Shown in pieces: positions 35,673 to 44,931 of a stretch of DNA of 64,000 nucleotides. The stretch's first letter is position 1. Each line of letters begins with the position of its first letter. A program made the translations under genes and the position numbers. This DNA is from Parachlamydiales bacterium. GTDB lineage: Bacteria > Chlamydiota > Chlamydiia > Chlamydiales > SM23-39. The notes under the pieces are model-generated. The model saw only the letters and a program-made list of their open reading frames with translations. It was not told where the DNA came from and ran no database searches. The stretch spans positions 384,001-448,000 of the forward strand of contig JAIBBX010000001.1 in the NCBI GenBank assembly GCA_019694475.1. The letters run 5' to 3'.

Positions 35673-38600
35673 ATGATTGAAGTTCAAGCACCTGTCCAGC
35701 CTGGCCAAGCAAATATTAGAGAGCCTAGCAGGCTCTATGACCGCATTTGCGCTGCTGGACAAATGGCCAAGCGCCCCATTGAGTGGTTGAGATGTGCCTG
35801 GTCGCCTCGTGAAAATCCATCAGGAACCTTGAGACGGATTAGCGAAGCGGCTGATCGAGGCATTCAAAAAGCCAAAACCGGCGGCGTTGCTGTACCCAAT
35901 CGCGCTCCCGACTTAAATGCAGCACTCAATCAAGCACTAGTCCAGCGAGGAATCGGACCCGAAGCCCGCCCAAGAAGGCTGGAAGTTGGAGAAGTCGCCA
36001 ATCTCGGAGCTTTGGCTGAGGATCATGAAGTCACTCTTGTTCCCAGATTGCAAGACCGAGTCGATGCAACCAATTGGCAAGAAAGGCAAAAGCTTTTGCA
36101 AGAAAAGCTGCGAGATAAATTGAGCGTCTTTACCGCCCTTTGCCAAATGCGCGACCGCGCAGGGATTGGCGAAGAAAACAACTTGAAGATTATGAATTTG
36201 GTCAAACAAGCGACTGAAGGTTCGAATCCTGTCTCTGTTTGGCACCTTTTTACGAGCAATTACGACCTCAGCTTCTTCCAAAAAATGTTTGCTGCGTGGT
36301 TCTATTGGATCTATTACATGACTTCGCTCATCACCAATACGATCGACGCCTATTTAGGATCTTTCATCAACCGAGTCACTGAGAAATTGACCACTGACAG
36401 CGATGCAACCCGTCAAAAAGTGTTCCGGACTTTGATCGAGAATACCAACGATTTCCTCGTACAGGATTTCAATGCGACAGAAAAGTTTGCAAATGGACTC
36501 GAACCCGGTTTATTGAGACAGGTCAGAGATCGCGCCATTGAGAGGCATTACGGATTTTCTCTTTCAGCTTTATGCGAATCATTCAGCACTTATATTGTTG
36601 AAAATGACCGCCCTCCCACCGTCAGTTTCTTCAAAGATTTGCAAGATATTCGGATTATTGGAACTGTTTTTTCTCTGTTTCAATATGTGGCCAATCGGTT
36701 CATTCAATGGATCATGAAGAATAAGATTTTACCCGCTACTCTTGAGCAAGCGGTCAATAAAGGACTCGAAGCCACCCAGCCTGATAAACTCCCCTTTTCG
36801 ATCGCCTTAACCAAGTTCTTTACAGCTCAATTGGAACGCTTACGCGTCGCTGTAGAAAATGATGAGGGAACGCCAGACACTAATACTGAGCACTTCCCAG
36901 GAACAGAAATGCTTCCGCAAACCATTCGGCTCCTCATGCAGGCGCTCGATATGGAAGGGGATATGAATCCTCAGGAACTTAAGGATAAAATCCTAGAAAT
37001 TCATAGAAAAAAAGGATTTTTGGACGACCCTCTTGGCGTCGATGGAATGATTCGCGAAGGTATCGAAAAAGGCGTTACCGGAGCTGTGAATAAATTATTC
37101 TGGGAACTTAACCGATCTGCCCGCTCCCATGAGCTTTTCGCCAAATTGATGGAACTCACTCTGGCTCCTTTCTCGGATGAAGGAAAGACTGAGGAAATGC
37201 TAAAAGCGGAATATGAAGAAGAGCAAAACAAGTTTCAAAGGACCGCGAGCTCTGTCTTTAAAACGCTCGTTCGAAACGAGGTTGCCAAAATCTTTAAACG
37301 GGGCAATTCCGAGCATCAGGCGCAAGCAGCTAAAGATTCTCTTTCAACGCAAAAAGTGGTAGTTCATGAACTCGTTGAAAAGATGAGCTTGGTTTGCACA
37401 CGGATTGCAGAAAAAATCAACGCATCCAGAGAAGCCCCCACCGAAGCCAATAATGTGCAAAGCGATGTTGCTGAGCTCCTCCAAATCATGCAAGTCTTGA
37501 GTTCCCGTAAAGAGCTTCAAAATCAAAAGGAACAACTCGATTCAATCCATCAAAATGAAATTTGGAACCGCCTTGCGCCTCTTTACGAAAAAGCAGAAAA
37601 GATGCTGGAGCAGTTACTGCAGCTTCAAGACAATCAGCACCAGTATACAAGCCACCATTCAGTGCTCACCTATTTAACTGAAACAAGAGCTCTCTTAACA
37701 ACAATTCAAGACGAATTCCACGTTCAGCCAAGATTGCTTCAAAATCCTCTGACTCAATCTCTCAAGCGAGCTGCCGACGAAATTACAAGAACATTAGGCG
37801 CTGACGCACCGATTCCGATCCGCTTGAATCAAATTGTAGATGAGACAACTAGCCGTTCAACCAATATCGCCAAAGAGCAAAGCGTCATCGACGCCGTACA
37901 AGCGCTCTATCCGCCGCTCAGAGAATCTGACGGTCTCATTGATCAACTCCACAGATTCCAACGTGGTCAGGTTATCCCCGGGTTCAGACCAAGAGATTGC
38001 ATGGCAAAAATCGCTGAAAATCTTGCGTGTTTCCCCCTCGATGAAGAAAGTCAGCATGAAAAGAGAGAACTTGAGAGGGTCATTGGAGATGGATCTAATA
38101 TCCATGGCAAGTTAAGAGAATTGGGCGGCTTATTGCAAAGCATCTATGCAAGGCACAGACAAATCAAAACCCAAGAAAAAGCGAATCTGGATCACATTCT
38201 TGATGAAGCTAAGAGATGGATCAATGAAAAGATTGTGATTTATCAAGGCATCAAAACACAAAACCATGGGAAAATGCGTGAAGCGCTTGGAAAAATTTCT
38301 GCAAACATGAAAATCCTCCAGAAAAAAGCTTCAACTCTTTCGACATCCCTCACAGTTCCTATCTCAGATGGAATTCTAAAAACAATGGCCGCAGCTTGCC
38401 CAATCATTGGTACATGGGCTGGGGGTCCTGTAGGCCCTGTATTAGGAGCAGCGGGCGGAATAGGGCTTAGACTCATGCAAGGTTCAAGCAGCGGCGAAGG
38501 CGAAGGCGAAGGCTTCCTCCGTTCCACATTGAAAAAAGTAGGCAAAGTAGGGGCCGCGGCTCTATTTTCTTGGGGAACCCCAAGCTGGTTTTCACAATTT

Positions 38601-38873
38601 ATACCAGACTGGGCAACGGAAAAACTACAAGCTATACCAGGCTGGGCTTTGGAAAAACTTCCAACATTTGAAAATGTTCAGCAAGTAGCCAAGGTTGGTA
38701 CCGGGCTTCTCGCGGGCTCCGAAGTCATTGATTGGGGACAATCGGGAATCGAAGCACGGGTATTCAATAGCGTCTGGAAGATTTTTGAACGGGGTTATGA
38801 CCTAAGCCTCGATCCTAGAGTTTATAAAGCTGCCTCAACTAGAGCCTTGAAAGCCATCGTCGAAGCAGGATAA
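35673..38873 (+). CDS. large hypothetical protein (1066 aa), helical, with Gly-rich hydrophobic C-terminal segments; candidate secreted or membrane-associated effector
   Basis: Uninterrupted 3.2-kb ORF with no enzymatic motif recognised. Hydrophobic stretches are FAAWFYWIYYMTSLITNTI and, near the C-terminus, AAACPIIGTWAGGPVGPVLGAAGGIGL and VGAAALFSWGTPSWF. Stop overlaps the Nudix start (TAATG). Confidence 0.7.
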   Translation: MIEVQAPVQPGQANIREPSRLYDRICAAGQMAKRPIEWLRCAWSPRENPSGTLRRISEAADRGIQKAKTGGVAVPNRAPDLNAALNQALVQRGIGPEARPRRLEVGEVANLGALAEDHEVTLVPRLQDRVDATNWQERQKLLQEKLRDKLSVFTALCQMRDRAGIGEENNLKIMNLVKQATEGSNPVSVWHLFTSNYDLSFFQKMFAAWFYWIYYMTSLITNTIDAYLGSFINRVTEKLTTDSDATRQKVFRTLIENTNDFLVQDFNATEKFANGLEPGLLRQVRDRAIERHYGFSLSALCESFSTYIVENDRPPTVSFFKDLQDIRIIGTVFSLFQYVANRFIQWIMKNKILPATLEQAVNKGLEATQPDKLPFSIALTKFFTAQLERLRVAVENDEGTPDTNTEHFPGTEMLPQTIRLLMQALDMEGDMNPQELKDKILEIHRKKGFLDDPLGVDGMIREGIEKGVTGAVNKLFWELNRSARSHELFAKLMELTLAPFSDEGKTEEMLKAEYEEEQNKFQRTASSVFKTLVRNEVAKIFKRGNSEHQAQAAKDSLSTQKVVVHELVEKMSLVCTRIAEKINASREAPTEANNVQSDVAELLQIMQVLSSRKELQNQKEQLDSIHQNEIWNRLAPLYEKAEKMLEQLLQLQDNQHQYTSHHSVLTYLTETRALLTTIQDEFHVQPRLLQNPLTQSLKRAADEITRTLGADAPIPIRLNQIVDETTSRSTNIAKEQSVIDAVQALYPPLRESDGLIDQLHRFQRGQVIPGFRPRDCMAKIAENLACFPLDEESQHEKRELERVIGDGSNIHGKLRELGGLLQSIYARHRQIKTQEKANLDHILDEAKRWINEKIVIYQGIKTQNHGKMREALGKISANMKILQKKASTLSTSLTVPISDGILKTMAAACPIIGTWAGGPVGPVLGAAGGIGLRLMQGSSSGEGEGEGFLRSTLKKVGKVGAAALFSWGTPSWFSQFIPDWATEKLQAIPGWALEKLPTFENVQQVAKVGTGLLAGSEVIDWGQSGIEARVFNSVWKIFERGYDLSLDPRVYKAASTRALKAIVEAG

Positions 38874-39349
38874 TGGAAAGACAATTCACCGCCACTGTTT
38901 ATATTTTTCATGAGAAAAAGGTCTTGCTCCACAAGCATGAAAAACTCAGCAAATGGCTTCCTCCAGGCGGACACTTAGAGGCCAATGAAACGCCCCCTGA
39001 AGCTGGGCGCAGAGAAGTGCTCGAAGAAACGGGACTCGAAATTGATTTCATTGAACAAGAAAACATAAAAATCGACGCCTATAACGGGGTCAGCCTAGAA
39101 CGCCCCTTTTTGTGCCTCTTAGAAAATATCCCAACTTATAAAGACAAGCCTGCTCACCAGCATATCGACTTCATCTACCTCGCTACACCGCGAAAACTCA
39201 AAGAAGACTTGGGCCCGTTTAAGTGGATTGCGTATGAAGAACTCCAGCACATCGAGGTGTTCCCCGATGTGGCCGAAGTTCTTCGACTTTTATTAAAAGA
39301 AAATAAGCTAGATGAAATGCTTTACCAGCGGCGGTGCTGTCTTTCTTGA
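38873..39349 (+). CDS. NUDIX hydrolase
   Basis: Nudix box GGHLEANETPPEAGRREVLEETGLEI. Confidence 0.85.
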   Translation: MERQFTATVYIFHEKKVLLHKHEKLSKWLPPGGHLEANETPPEAGRREVLEETGLEIDFIEQENIKIDAYNGVSLERPFLCLLENIPTYKDKPAHQHIDFIYLATPRKLKEDLGPFKWIAYEELQHIEVFPDVAEVLRLLLKENKLDEMLYQRRCCLS

Positions 39350-39531
39350 TTTGGCTGTGTTCTCTCTCTAGTATCCCAGCGATATGGGGTTTCTGTTTGA
39401 GGATATGCTTTCGCTCCACGATCTCCACGATCATCGCAACGAGTATTTCCAGGACAATAACTTTGATCGCAGCAAGATGAAACTGCAAAAGCAAATGCCA
39501 ATGCAATTACTGCTAGAATTAATTTCTTCAT
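39322..39531 (-). CDS. small Cys-containing lipoprotein (69 aa), OmcA-like N-terminus
   Basis: AAGGAG lies 7 nt upstream of the ATG. Signal plus lipobox is MKKLILAVIALAFAFAVSSCC. The mature part has 4 Cys and is charged. Overlaps the Nudix 3' end by 28 nt. Confidence 0.6.
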   Translation of the reverse strand: MKKLILAVIALAFAFAVSSCCDQSYCPGNTRCDDRGDRGAKAYPQTETPYRWDTRERTQPNQERQHRRW

Positions 39532-39618
39532 AAAATCTGCTCCTTATAACCAATTCCGGTCTTTAATCTTTCCTGTAAGCATTGTCTTTTTTTTAATCAA
39601 TATGTATATTTCTAAATT

Positions 39619-40728
39619 ATGAAATCATTCTTCGTAGCAGCTACAGGTCAGAATGTTGGGAAAACCACGACCTGCCTTGGGTTAGTTTCAGGGCTGAAAA
39701 AACGGCATAAATCAGTAGGCTTCATCAAACCTGTTGGGCAGGAGCACATTGAAACGGAAACTGGCCAGCATGTAGATAAAGATGTTCTCCTTTTTAAGAG
39801 TCATTTTAAATTGCAGGATCCTTATGAGGAGATGAGCCCGGTGCTTTTCCCAAGAGGTTTTACGCGAGATTATTTGGACGGGAGAGTCGATCATCGAGAG
39901 CTCATCCAAAAAATCGCCCATTCTTTTGAAGCGATTCGGAAACGCAACGCTGTAACCGTAAGCGAAGGAACGGGGCACACGGGGGTCGGCTCAATCGTCG
40001 ATCTCAACAATGCACAAGTCGCCGCGATGTTGAAAACGCCCGTTCTTTTAGTGGCGTCCGGCGGGCTGGGATCGAGCTTTGATGAGCTCACCCTCAACTA
40101 CATCGCTTGCGAAAAATATGGAGCCAAGGTAGCTGGGGTTATTTTGAACCGTGTTCTTGATGATAAGCGGGAAATGATTTTAGACTATGTCCCAAAAGCG
40201 CTTGCGAGATGGAAAGTGCCATTGCTTGGCTGCATTCCCTACACTCCTTTTTTAAGCACGCCGACAATGAGCGATTTCGAAATTCTTTTTCAAACGAAAA
40301 TGCTCTCTGGAAACGAAAACCGGCTGCGCCATTTCCAAAATATCCGGCTTGTAGCAGGTTCCGTAGAAATGTACCGTTCCCAGATCCTTCCGAATCAGCT
40401 GATCATCACTCCGGCAGGAAGAGAAGATATAATTTTGGCCACTTTAACGAGGGTTTGGGATTTAAAAATTTCCCATCCTGACGAAGATTTGGAGCTCGGA
40501 TTGATTTTAACAGGCAAAACTCCCCCGAAAGATTCGATTATCGAACATATTCGGAAATCGAAAATGCCGATGATCTATGCGCCGCTCAGCAGCTTTGTAG
40601 CGATGAAAATGATCAACAGCTACACATCCAAATTCCGCAAAGACGATAAGCTCAAAATCGAAGAGGCCGTCAAAGTTGTAGAAAAGCACATTGATTTTGA
40701 AAGGCTTGAAAAAGCGATTCAGCACTAA
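39619..40728 (+). CDS. BioD-like P-loop + DRTGG domain protein (homologous to the N-terminal regulatory half of phosphotransacetylase)
   Basis: N-terminal FVAATGQNVGKTTTCLGL...GFIKPVGQ (dethiobiotin-synthetase-like P-loop). Later, LIITPAGREDIILA is a DRTGG-type motif. No Pta catalytic domain is present. Confidence 0.65.
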   Translation: MKSFFVAATGQNVGKTTTCLGLVSGLKKRHKSVGFIKPVGQEHIETETGQHVDKDVLLFKSHFKLQDPYEEMSPVLFPRGFTRDYLDGRVDHRELIQKIAHSFEAIRKRNAVTVSEGTGHTGVGSIVDLNNAQVAAMLKTPVLLVASGGLGSSFDELTLNYIACEKYGAKVAGVILNRVLDDKREMILDYVPKALARWKVPLLGCIPYTPFLSTPTMSDFEILFQTKMLSGNENRLRHFQNIRLVAGSVEMYRSQILPNQLIITPAGREDIILATLTRVWDLKISHPDEDLELGLILTGKTPPKDSIIEHIRKSKMPMIYAPLSSFVAMKMINSYTSKFRKDDKLKIEEAVKVVEKHIDFERLEKAIQH

Positions 40729-40729
40729 G
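40627..40729 (+). repeat. 103-bp direct repeat, copy 1 (native 3' end of the DRTGG gene)
   Basis: tccaaattccgcaaagacgataagctc...gcgattcagcactaag recurs at 41679-41781 with 6 mismatches by my count. Confidence 0.9.
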
Positions 40730-40825
40730 TGTGTGTAGACGCACTAAATAAGTAATACAAAAAATAAAGAAATAGGTTAAAATGAGGCCATAAGTGGGTT
40801 GGGACTACCTGGCCGGCGCTTAGCC

Positions 40826-41609
40826 TCAAGGACTACCTTGGGGCTTTTCGCTTTTTGGAGGGTATAAGTAAAGACCGTACCCATTGATTTCGCCTTCCGT
40901 GCTCTTATGGAATTTCCTCTCAAGGATTTGGAATGCGCGATTAATCTGGTTCGGTCGAACCACCGATAGGCCAACTGGGCGTGCCGCCAGATCTGCGAAT
41001 TGGAGCCCTTCGGAATTAGTCTTCTTGTCTGCAATAATGAGTTCAAATGGAAGAGGTTTTTGCAAGGAATTTTGACCCTTGCAAACTCTAAGGAAGTCTA
41101 ATTCCAGATCTTTATCTTCAGTACGTCCTCGGGCCTCGCATATAACGTGTGTTAATCGAGAGTCTTGTTTTTTGGACTGGAGGAAATGATATAGTTTTTC
41201 TAACCCAATTTGCATTGCTAAATAGTAGATGTGAGTCTCTTTTGTATTTTCCTTCTTGAAGCGATGCTTGTCGATGACCGCAGAGATCAAAGTGAAATCT
41301 GTTTCGCCTATTAGTACATTTAGTTTCTCTAAGAACATGTCCCGTTTGTCTTTTCCCATCATAGAAAAAGCGCCTGCTTTTTTTCTGATATCCATTTCGT
41401 GCAATATCACCATATCATGGCCAAACGTTGCAAATTTTAGCCTCCTCAGTGAAGGAGTGACTAGATCGGAATAGGAGTTTTTTTCAAAAATGCAAAATGA
41501 AAGGACAAAAACAGGATATTCCATCATCAATGAAGACGAGACTATGGTCTCCGCTTTCATCCACATAAACAATGTAATCGCTGTACGATAGCGATGAAGC
41601 ACCGTCCAC
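40826..41609 (-). pseudogene. DUF3800-family gene disrupted by a frameshift
   Basis: The C-terminal 235 codons (EYPVFVLSFCIFEK...LKFATFGHDMVILHEMDIRK...) are in the ORF-track frame. The family-defining N-terminus IVYVDESGDHSLVFIDD is encoded at about 41522-41572 in a different frame, which stops at 41484. About 33% G+C in one sampled line. Confidence 0.6.
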
Positions 41610-41678
41610 AAAATTTCCCGTTTCAAAAATGGAAATATTACCTGCGAAAAGAAAATTTTTCTAGAGCGATGAATTCAG

Positions 41679-41781
41679 TCTAAATTCCGCAAAGACGACA
41701 AACTCAAAATCGAAGAGGCCATCAAAGTCGTAGAAAAGCACATTGACTTTGAAAGGCTTGAAAAAGCGATTCAGCACTAAG
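41679..41781 (+). repeat. 103-bp direct repeat, copy 2 (carries the 3' end of the convergent GT9 gene on the opposite strand)
   Basis: See copy 1. Positions 41722-41781 encode the last 19 codons plus the stop of the glycosyltransferase on the minus strand. Confidence 0.9.
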
Positions 41782-42762
41782 CTCTTTCATACATGCCCCT
41801 GTCGGGCAGCTTCTTAAAACAGGACATTGTTTCTCAAATTTGCGTCCATAAGGGCAAGGCCCTTGGACCGCCACATGCTGGGGGCCGATCGGTTTAAAAA
41901 TATCTGGCGATGTGGGGCCGAAAATGCTGAAGCTGGGAGTATGCGTGGTAGCGCAAAGATGCAAAGCTCCTGAATCGACTGCGATGACTAGATCCACCTC
42001 ATTCATCAGATTTTGCCATGTGGGCAGAGGAAGTTTTTCCACGACAACGCCATTTTTAAGTTGGGCGGACAGCTCTTTGCAAAGCTTCTTTTCGGCCTCA
42101 TCTCCCCAGATGAGAAGGAAACTGCAGCTGCAAAAAGCTTCGATTTTTTGTAGTAATTCGACCCATGTCGATTCTTTTAGCTGTTTATTGACCCATTTGG
42201 AACCGGGGCAGACCATAATCGTGAGGCCAGGGGGCAAAGGAGGCAGTACATCATCGATTTTGCCTTCCATCCGGAACCGAACCCCTTCCATTTCCCTCGA
42301 AATGGGATTTTGGAAATACCGCTCGATCAACTCCAAATAAAATAGCCGAATGTTCTGCTGCTTAGATACCTCAAAGCGGACATGGGTTGCCAAAACATTT
42401 GGCCATTCCCGCACCGATTTGATCCCGTAGCCCACCTTTACTTTGCCGCGTGCAAGGAGAGTCACAACCCCCGATTTGCAGTTGGACTGCAGATCGAAAA
42501 CAACATCGTATTTTTCTTTGCGCAGGGTCTTCAACCCATTTAGAAGATTCTTTTTCCCTTTAATATCGAGGGGGATCGTTTTAGAAATCATGGGGTGGGC
42601 GGCTACGATCGGAGCAAAAGAAGCTTCAACGGCCCAGTCGATCTGTACATTCGGGAAACGCCGTTTTAAGTCGTTTAGAACGATAAATGACTGAACAATA
42701 TCGCCGAGAGAGGAGGTTTTAACAATTAAGATCCTTGATGGGAATGGAGAATCCATATACAT
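41722..42762 (-). CDS. glycosyltransferase family 9 (LPS heptosyltransferase-like)
   Basis: ILIVKTSSLGDIVQSFIVLNDLKRRFPNVQIDWAVE, PGSKW, and DSGALHLCATTHTP near the C-terminus. Confidence 0.8.
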   Translation of the reverse strand: MYMDSPFPSRILIVKTSSLGDIVQSFIVLNDLKRRFPNVQIDWAVEASFAPIVAAHPMISKTIPLDIKGKKNLLNGLKTLRKEKYDVVFDLQSNCKSGVVTLLARGKVKVGYGIKSVREWPNVLATHVRFEVSKQQNIRLFYLELIERYFQNPISREMEGVRFRMEGKIDDVLPPLPPGLTIMVCPGSKWVNKQLKESTWVELLQKIEAFCSCSFLLIWGDEAEKKLCKELSAQLKNGVVVEKLPLPTWQNLMNEVDLVIAVDSGALHLCATTHTPSFSIFGPTSPDIFKPIGPQHVAVQGPCPYGRKFEKQCPVLRSCPTGACMKELSAESLFQAFQSQCAFLRL

Positions 42763-42786
42763 AGCAGTTAATAGGAGGAAACAACT

Positions 42787-44061
42787 ATGTTCTCAAAACA
42801 CCCTAAAGAGCTTTGGATCTTATCTCTCACAGAACTTTGCGAGCGCTTCGTCTTTTGGGGCGTCGGGAACCTTCTTGTCCTCTACCTCATTGAATATTAC
42901 CAGTATGCCAATGAAAATGCCACTCACATTTACGCGATTTTTTCTGGCTGCGCCACTTTCTTGCCATTCCTAGGCGGCTTTGTGGCAGACCGATGGAATT
43001 ATCAAGCTCCCCTGCTCATCGGAGCCATCGTAAATGCATTGGGCTGCTTCCTTCTAGCTATGGGGATCCACTCCCTTCTTTTCATCGCTCTGACCATCAT
43101 AGCGTTGGGATATGGGATTTTTACTCCCAGCCTTGTGACAGTCTTGAACTATTCCTATCGAGAAAAACCAGAACTGCGCGAAGCAGGATTTTCCATTTAT
43201 TATGCGTCGATCAATATCGGGGTCTTTTTGGCCTTGCTCTCTTTAGGGTCGATTGGAGAGCTGCTCGGCTGGAACCTTGCCTTCTTGATTGCAGGATTTG
43301 TCCAGGTAGCAGGTCTAATTCCATTGATCTACTACCTAATCAAACACAAAGAGACCTATCGAGGGCTTCATGAACACCGGAAATCTGGCCTGAAAGAGCC
43401 GCTAACTGCGCATGAAAAAAACCGGATTTTTGTGATTGGGATCTTTTGTCTTGTTTCTATCTTTTTCTGGGCAGCTTACAACCAAGCGTTTTCTTCTATG
43501 GAGGTCTTTGCCCACTCGTTTATGGACAAAACGCTCTTTGGAAAAGTCATTCCTTCGGGCGTATTCTTATCGAGCGAGAGCTTCTTTTTGATCCTTTTAG
43601 CTCCATTTTTAGCCGCTCTCTATACGAAACTGCATAAAAAAAACCTCGATCCTTCGCCTGCAACTAAAACTTCGCTAAGCCTCTTTTTCTTAGGCGCCTG
43701 CTTTTTAGTGATGGTACTCGCCACCCTCAAAATCCCTGCTAAAGCAACAACAGCGAATGTTTCTTGGAACTATCTTGTATTTGCCTACTTTTTGATGGCG
43801 GTAGGAGAAATGCTTTTAGCTCCGATCGGACTATCGGCAATGACTCGCCTCGCGCCAAAGCGTTTTACAGCGCTCAGCGTTGGGATTTGGTATCTTTGCG
43901 TGGGACTTGCGTTTTACACTGGCGGGATGCTGGCTGGGCTTATGCAGAAGATGGGAGGGCTTTCAAACTTCTTCAGCCTTTTCGTATTTATCACAGTCAT
44001 TCCTGGTTTGATCCTTTTCTTCTACTCGAGAAAACTAACCAGAATGTCTGGATCGCAATAA
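42787..44061 (+). CDS. proton-dependent oligopeptide transporter (POT/PTR2 family)
   Basis: ELCERFVFWGVGNLLVLYL is a PTR2 signature-like motif, followed by GGFVADRW. About 12 TM segments. Confidence 0.8.
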   Translation: MFSKHPKELWILSLTELCERFVFWGVGNLLVLYLIEYYQYANENATHIYAIFSGCATFLPFLGGFVADRWNYQAPLLIGAIVNALGCFLLAMGIHSLLFIALTIIALGYGIFTPSLVTVLNYSYREKPELREAGFSIYYASINIGVFLALLSLGSIGELLGWNLAFLIAGFVQVAGLIPLIYYLIKHKETYRGLHEHRKSGLKEPLTAHEKNRIFVIGIFCLVSIFFWAAYNQAFSSMEVFAHSFMDKTLFGKVIPSGVFLSSESFFLILLAPFLAALYTKLHKKNLDPSPATKTSLSLFFLGACFLVMVLATLKIPAKATTANVSWNYLVFAYFLMAVGEMLLAPIGLSAMTRLAPKRFTALSVGIWYLCVGLAFYTGGMLAGLMQKMGGLSNFFSLFVFITVIPGLILFFYSRKLTRMSGSQ

Positions 44062-44931
44062 ATGCGCCCGATTCATATAGGTCTATCGGTCATCGTCGCG
44101 CTCCTGTGGGGCTTAAATTATGTGGCGATTCCGATCGGCCTTGAGAATTTCCCCCCGATTTTTCTCTCATTCTTGCGCCTTTTGCTGTCATCTTTGACAC
44201 TTATTTTCTTTGTGAAACCGCCCAAAGTTTCCATGAAAATGGTTTTTTTTTACGGGCTGACCATGTTCTCGATGCAATTCGGGTTTTTATTTTCATCGCT
44301 GCGTGCAGGACTAGGCCCCGATTTAGCACCGATCATGCTTCAGACGCAAGTGTTCTTTACCGCCGCTTTTGCGCTCATTTTTCTGAAGGAAAAACTCACC
44401 GTATGGCAAGTAGCAGGCGCGCTCATCGCCTTTTCAGGCATTATTCTAGTGGGGACATCTAAAGTGAATGCTACTTTCTTGGGCATCATTCTCGTTCTCG
44501 CAGCTGCGATTTCTTGGGGAATGGGGAATGTGATCGGCAAAAAGATCGGCAAAGTCGATAAAATAGCGCTTGTTGTCTGGGGAAGTATATTGGCATTTCC
44601 TCCCGTTTTGATTGCTTCTTTATTCATTGAGGGGCCGCATGAAATACTAGAAGCATTCAAAACAATCGATGCGGCTTCAATCGGGTCGATTCTCTACTTA
44701 ACCTATGGCTCGCTTCTTTTGGGATTTTTGATTTGGAATCACCTGATCTACTTATATCCTCTTGCAACGATAGCGCCATTTACTCTTTTGGTTCCGGTAT
44801 TTGGAGCGCTTAGCTCATCGATTGCCTTTACAATTCCGATCCATGCTAAAACAATCATAGCATTCGTCTTAGTGATTCTGGGTCTTTCTATCGATATGTT
44901 CGGCTATCACAGGAAAAAACGGTCTGGATAA
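44062..44931 (+). CDS. EamA/DMT-family transporter
   Basis: 10-TM protein made of two EamA-like halves (ALLWGLNYVAI...; ISWGMGNVIGKK). Confidence 0.75.
   Translation: MRPIHIGLSVIVALLWGLNYVAIPIGLENFPPIFLSFLRLLLSSLTLIFFVKPPKVSMKMVFFYGLTMFSMQFGFLFSSLRAGLGPDLAPIMLQTQVFFTAAFALIFLKEKLTVWQVAGALIAFSGIILVGTSKVNATFLGIILVLAAAISWGMGNVIGKKIGKVDKIALVVWGSILAFPPVLIASLFIEGPHEILEAFKTIDAASIGSILYLTYGSLLLGFLIWNHLIYLYPLATIAPFTLLVPVFGALSSSIAFTIPIHAKTIIAFVLVILGLSIDMFGYHRKKRSG

Noticed and set aside
38493-38513. GEGEGEG repeat (ggcgaa x3) in the 1066-aa protein, considered as a slippage-prone phase-variation tract
   Set aside because: There are only three 6-nt units and slippage would keep the frame, so it is too short to support a phase-variation claim.
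40777-41075. 89-aa and 63-aa ORFs inside the DUF3800 islet
   Set aside because: Both overlap the DUF3800 reading frame, which carries recognisable family motifs. Neither has motifs of its own.
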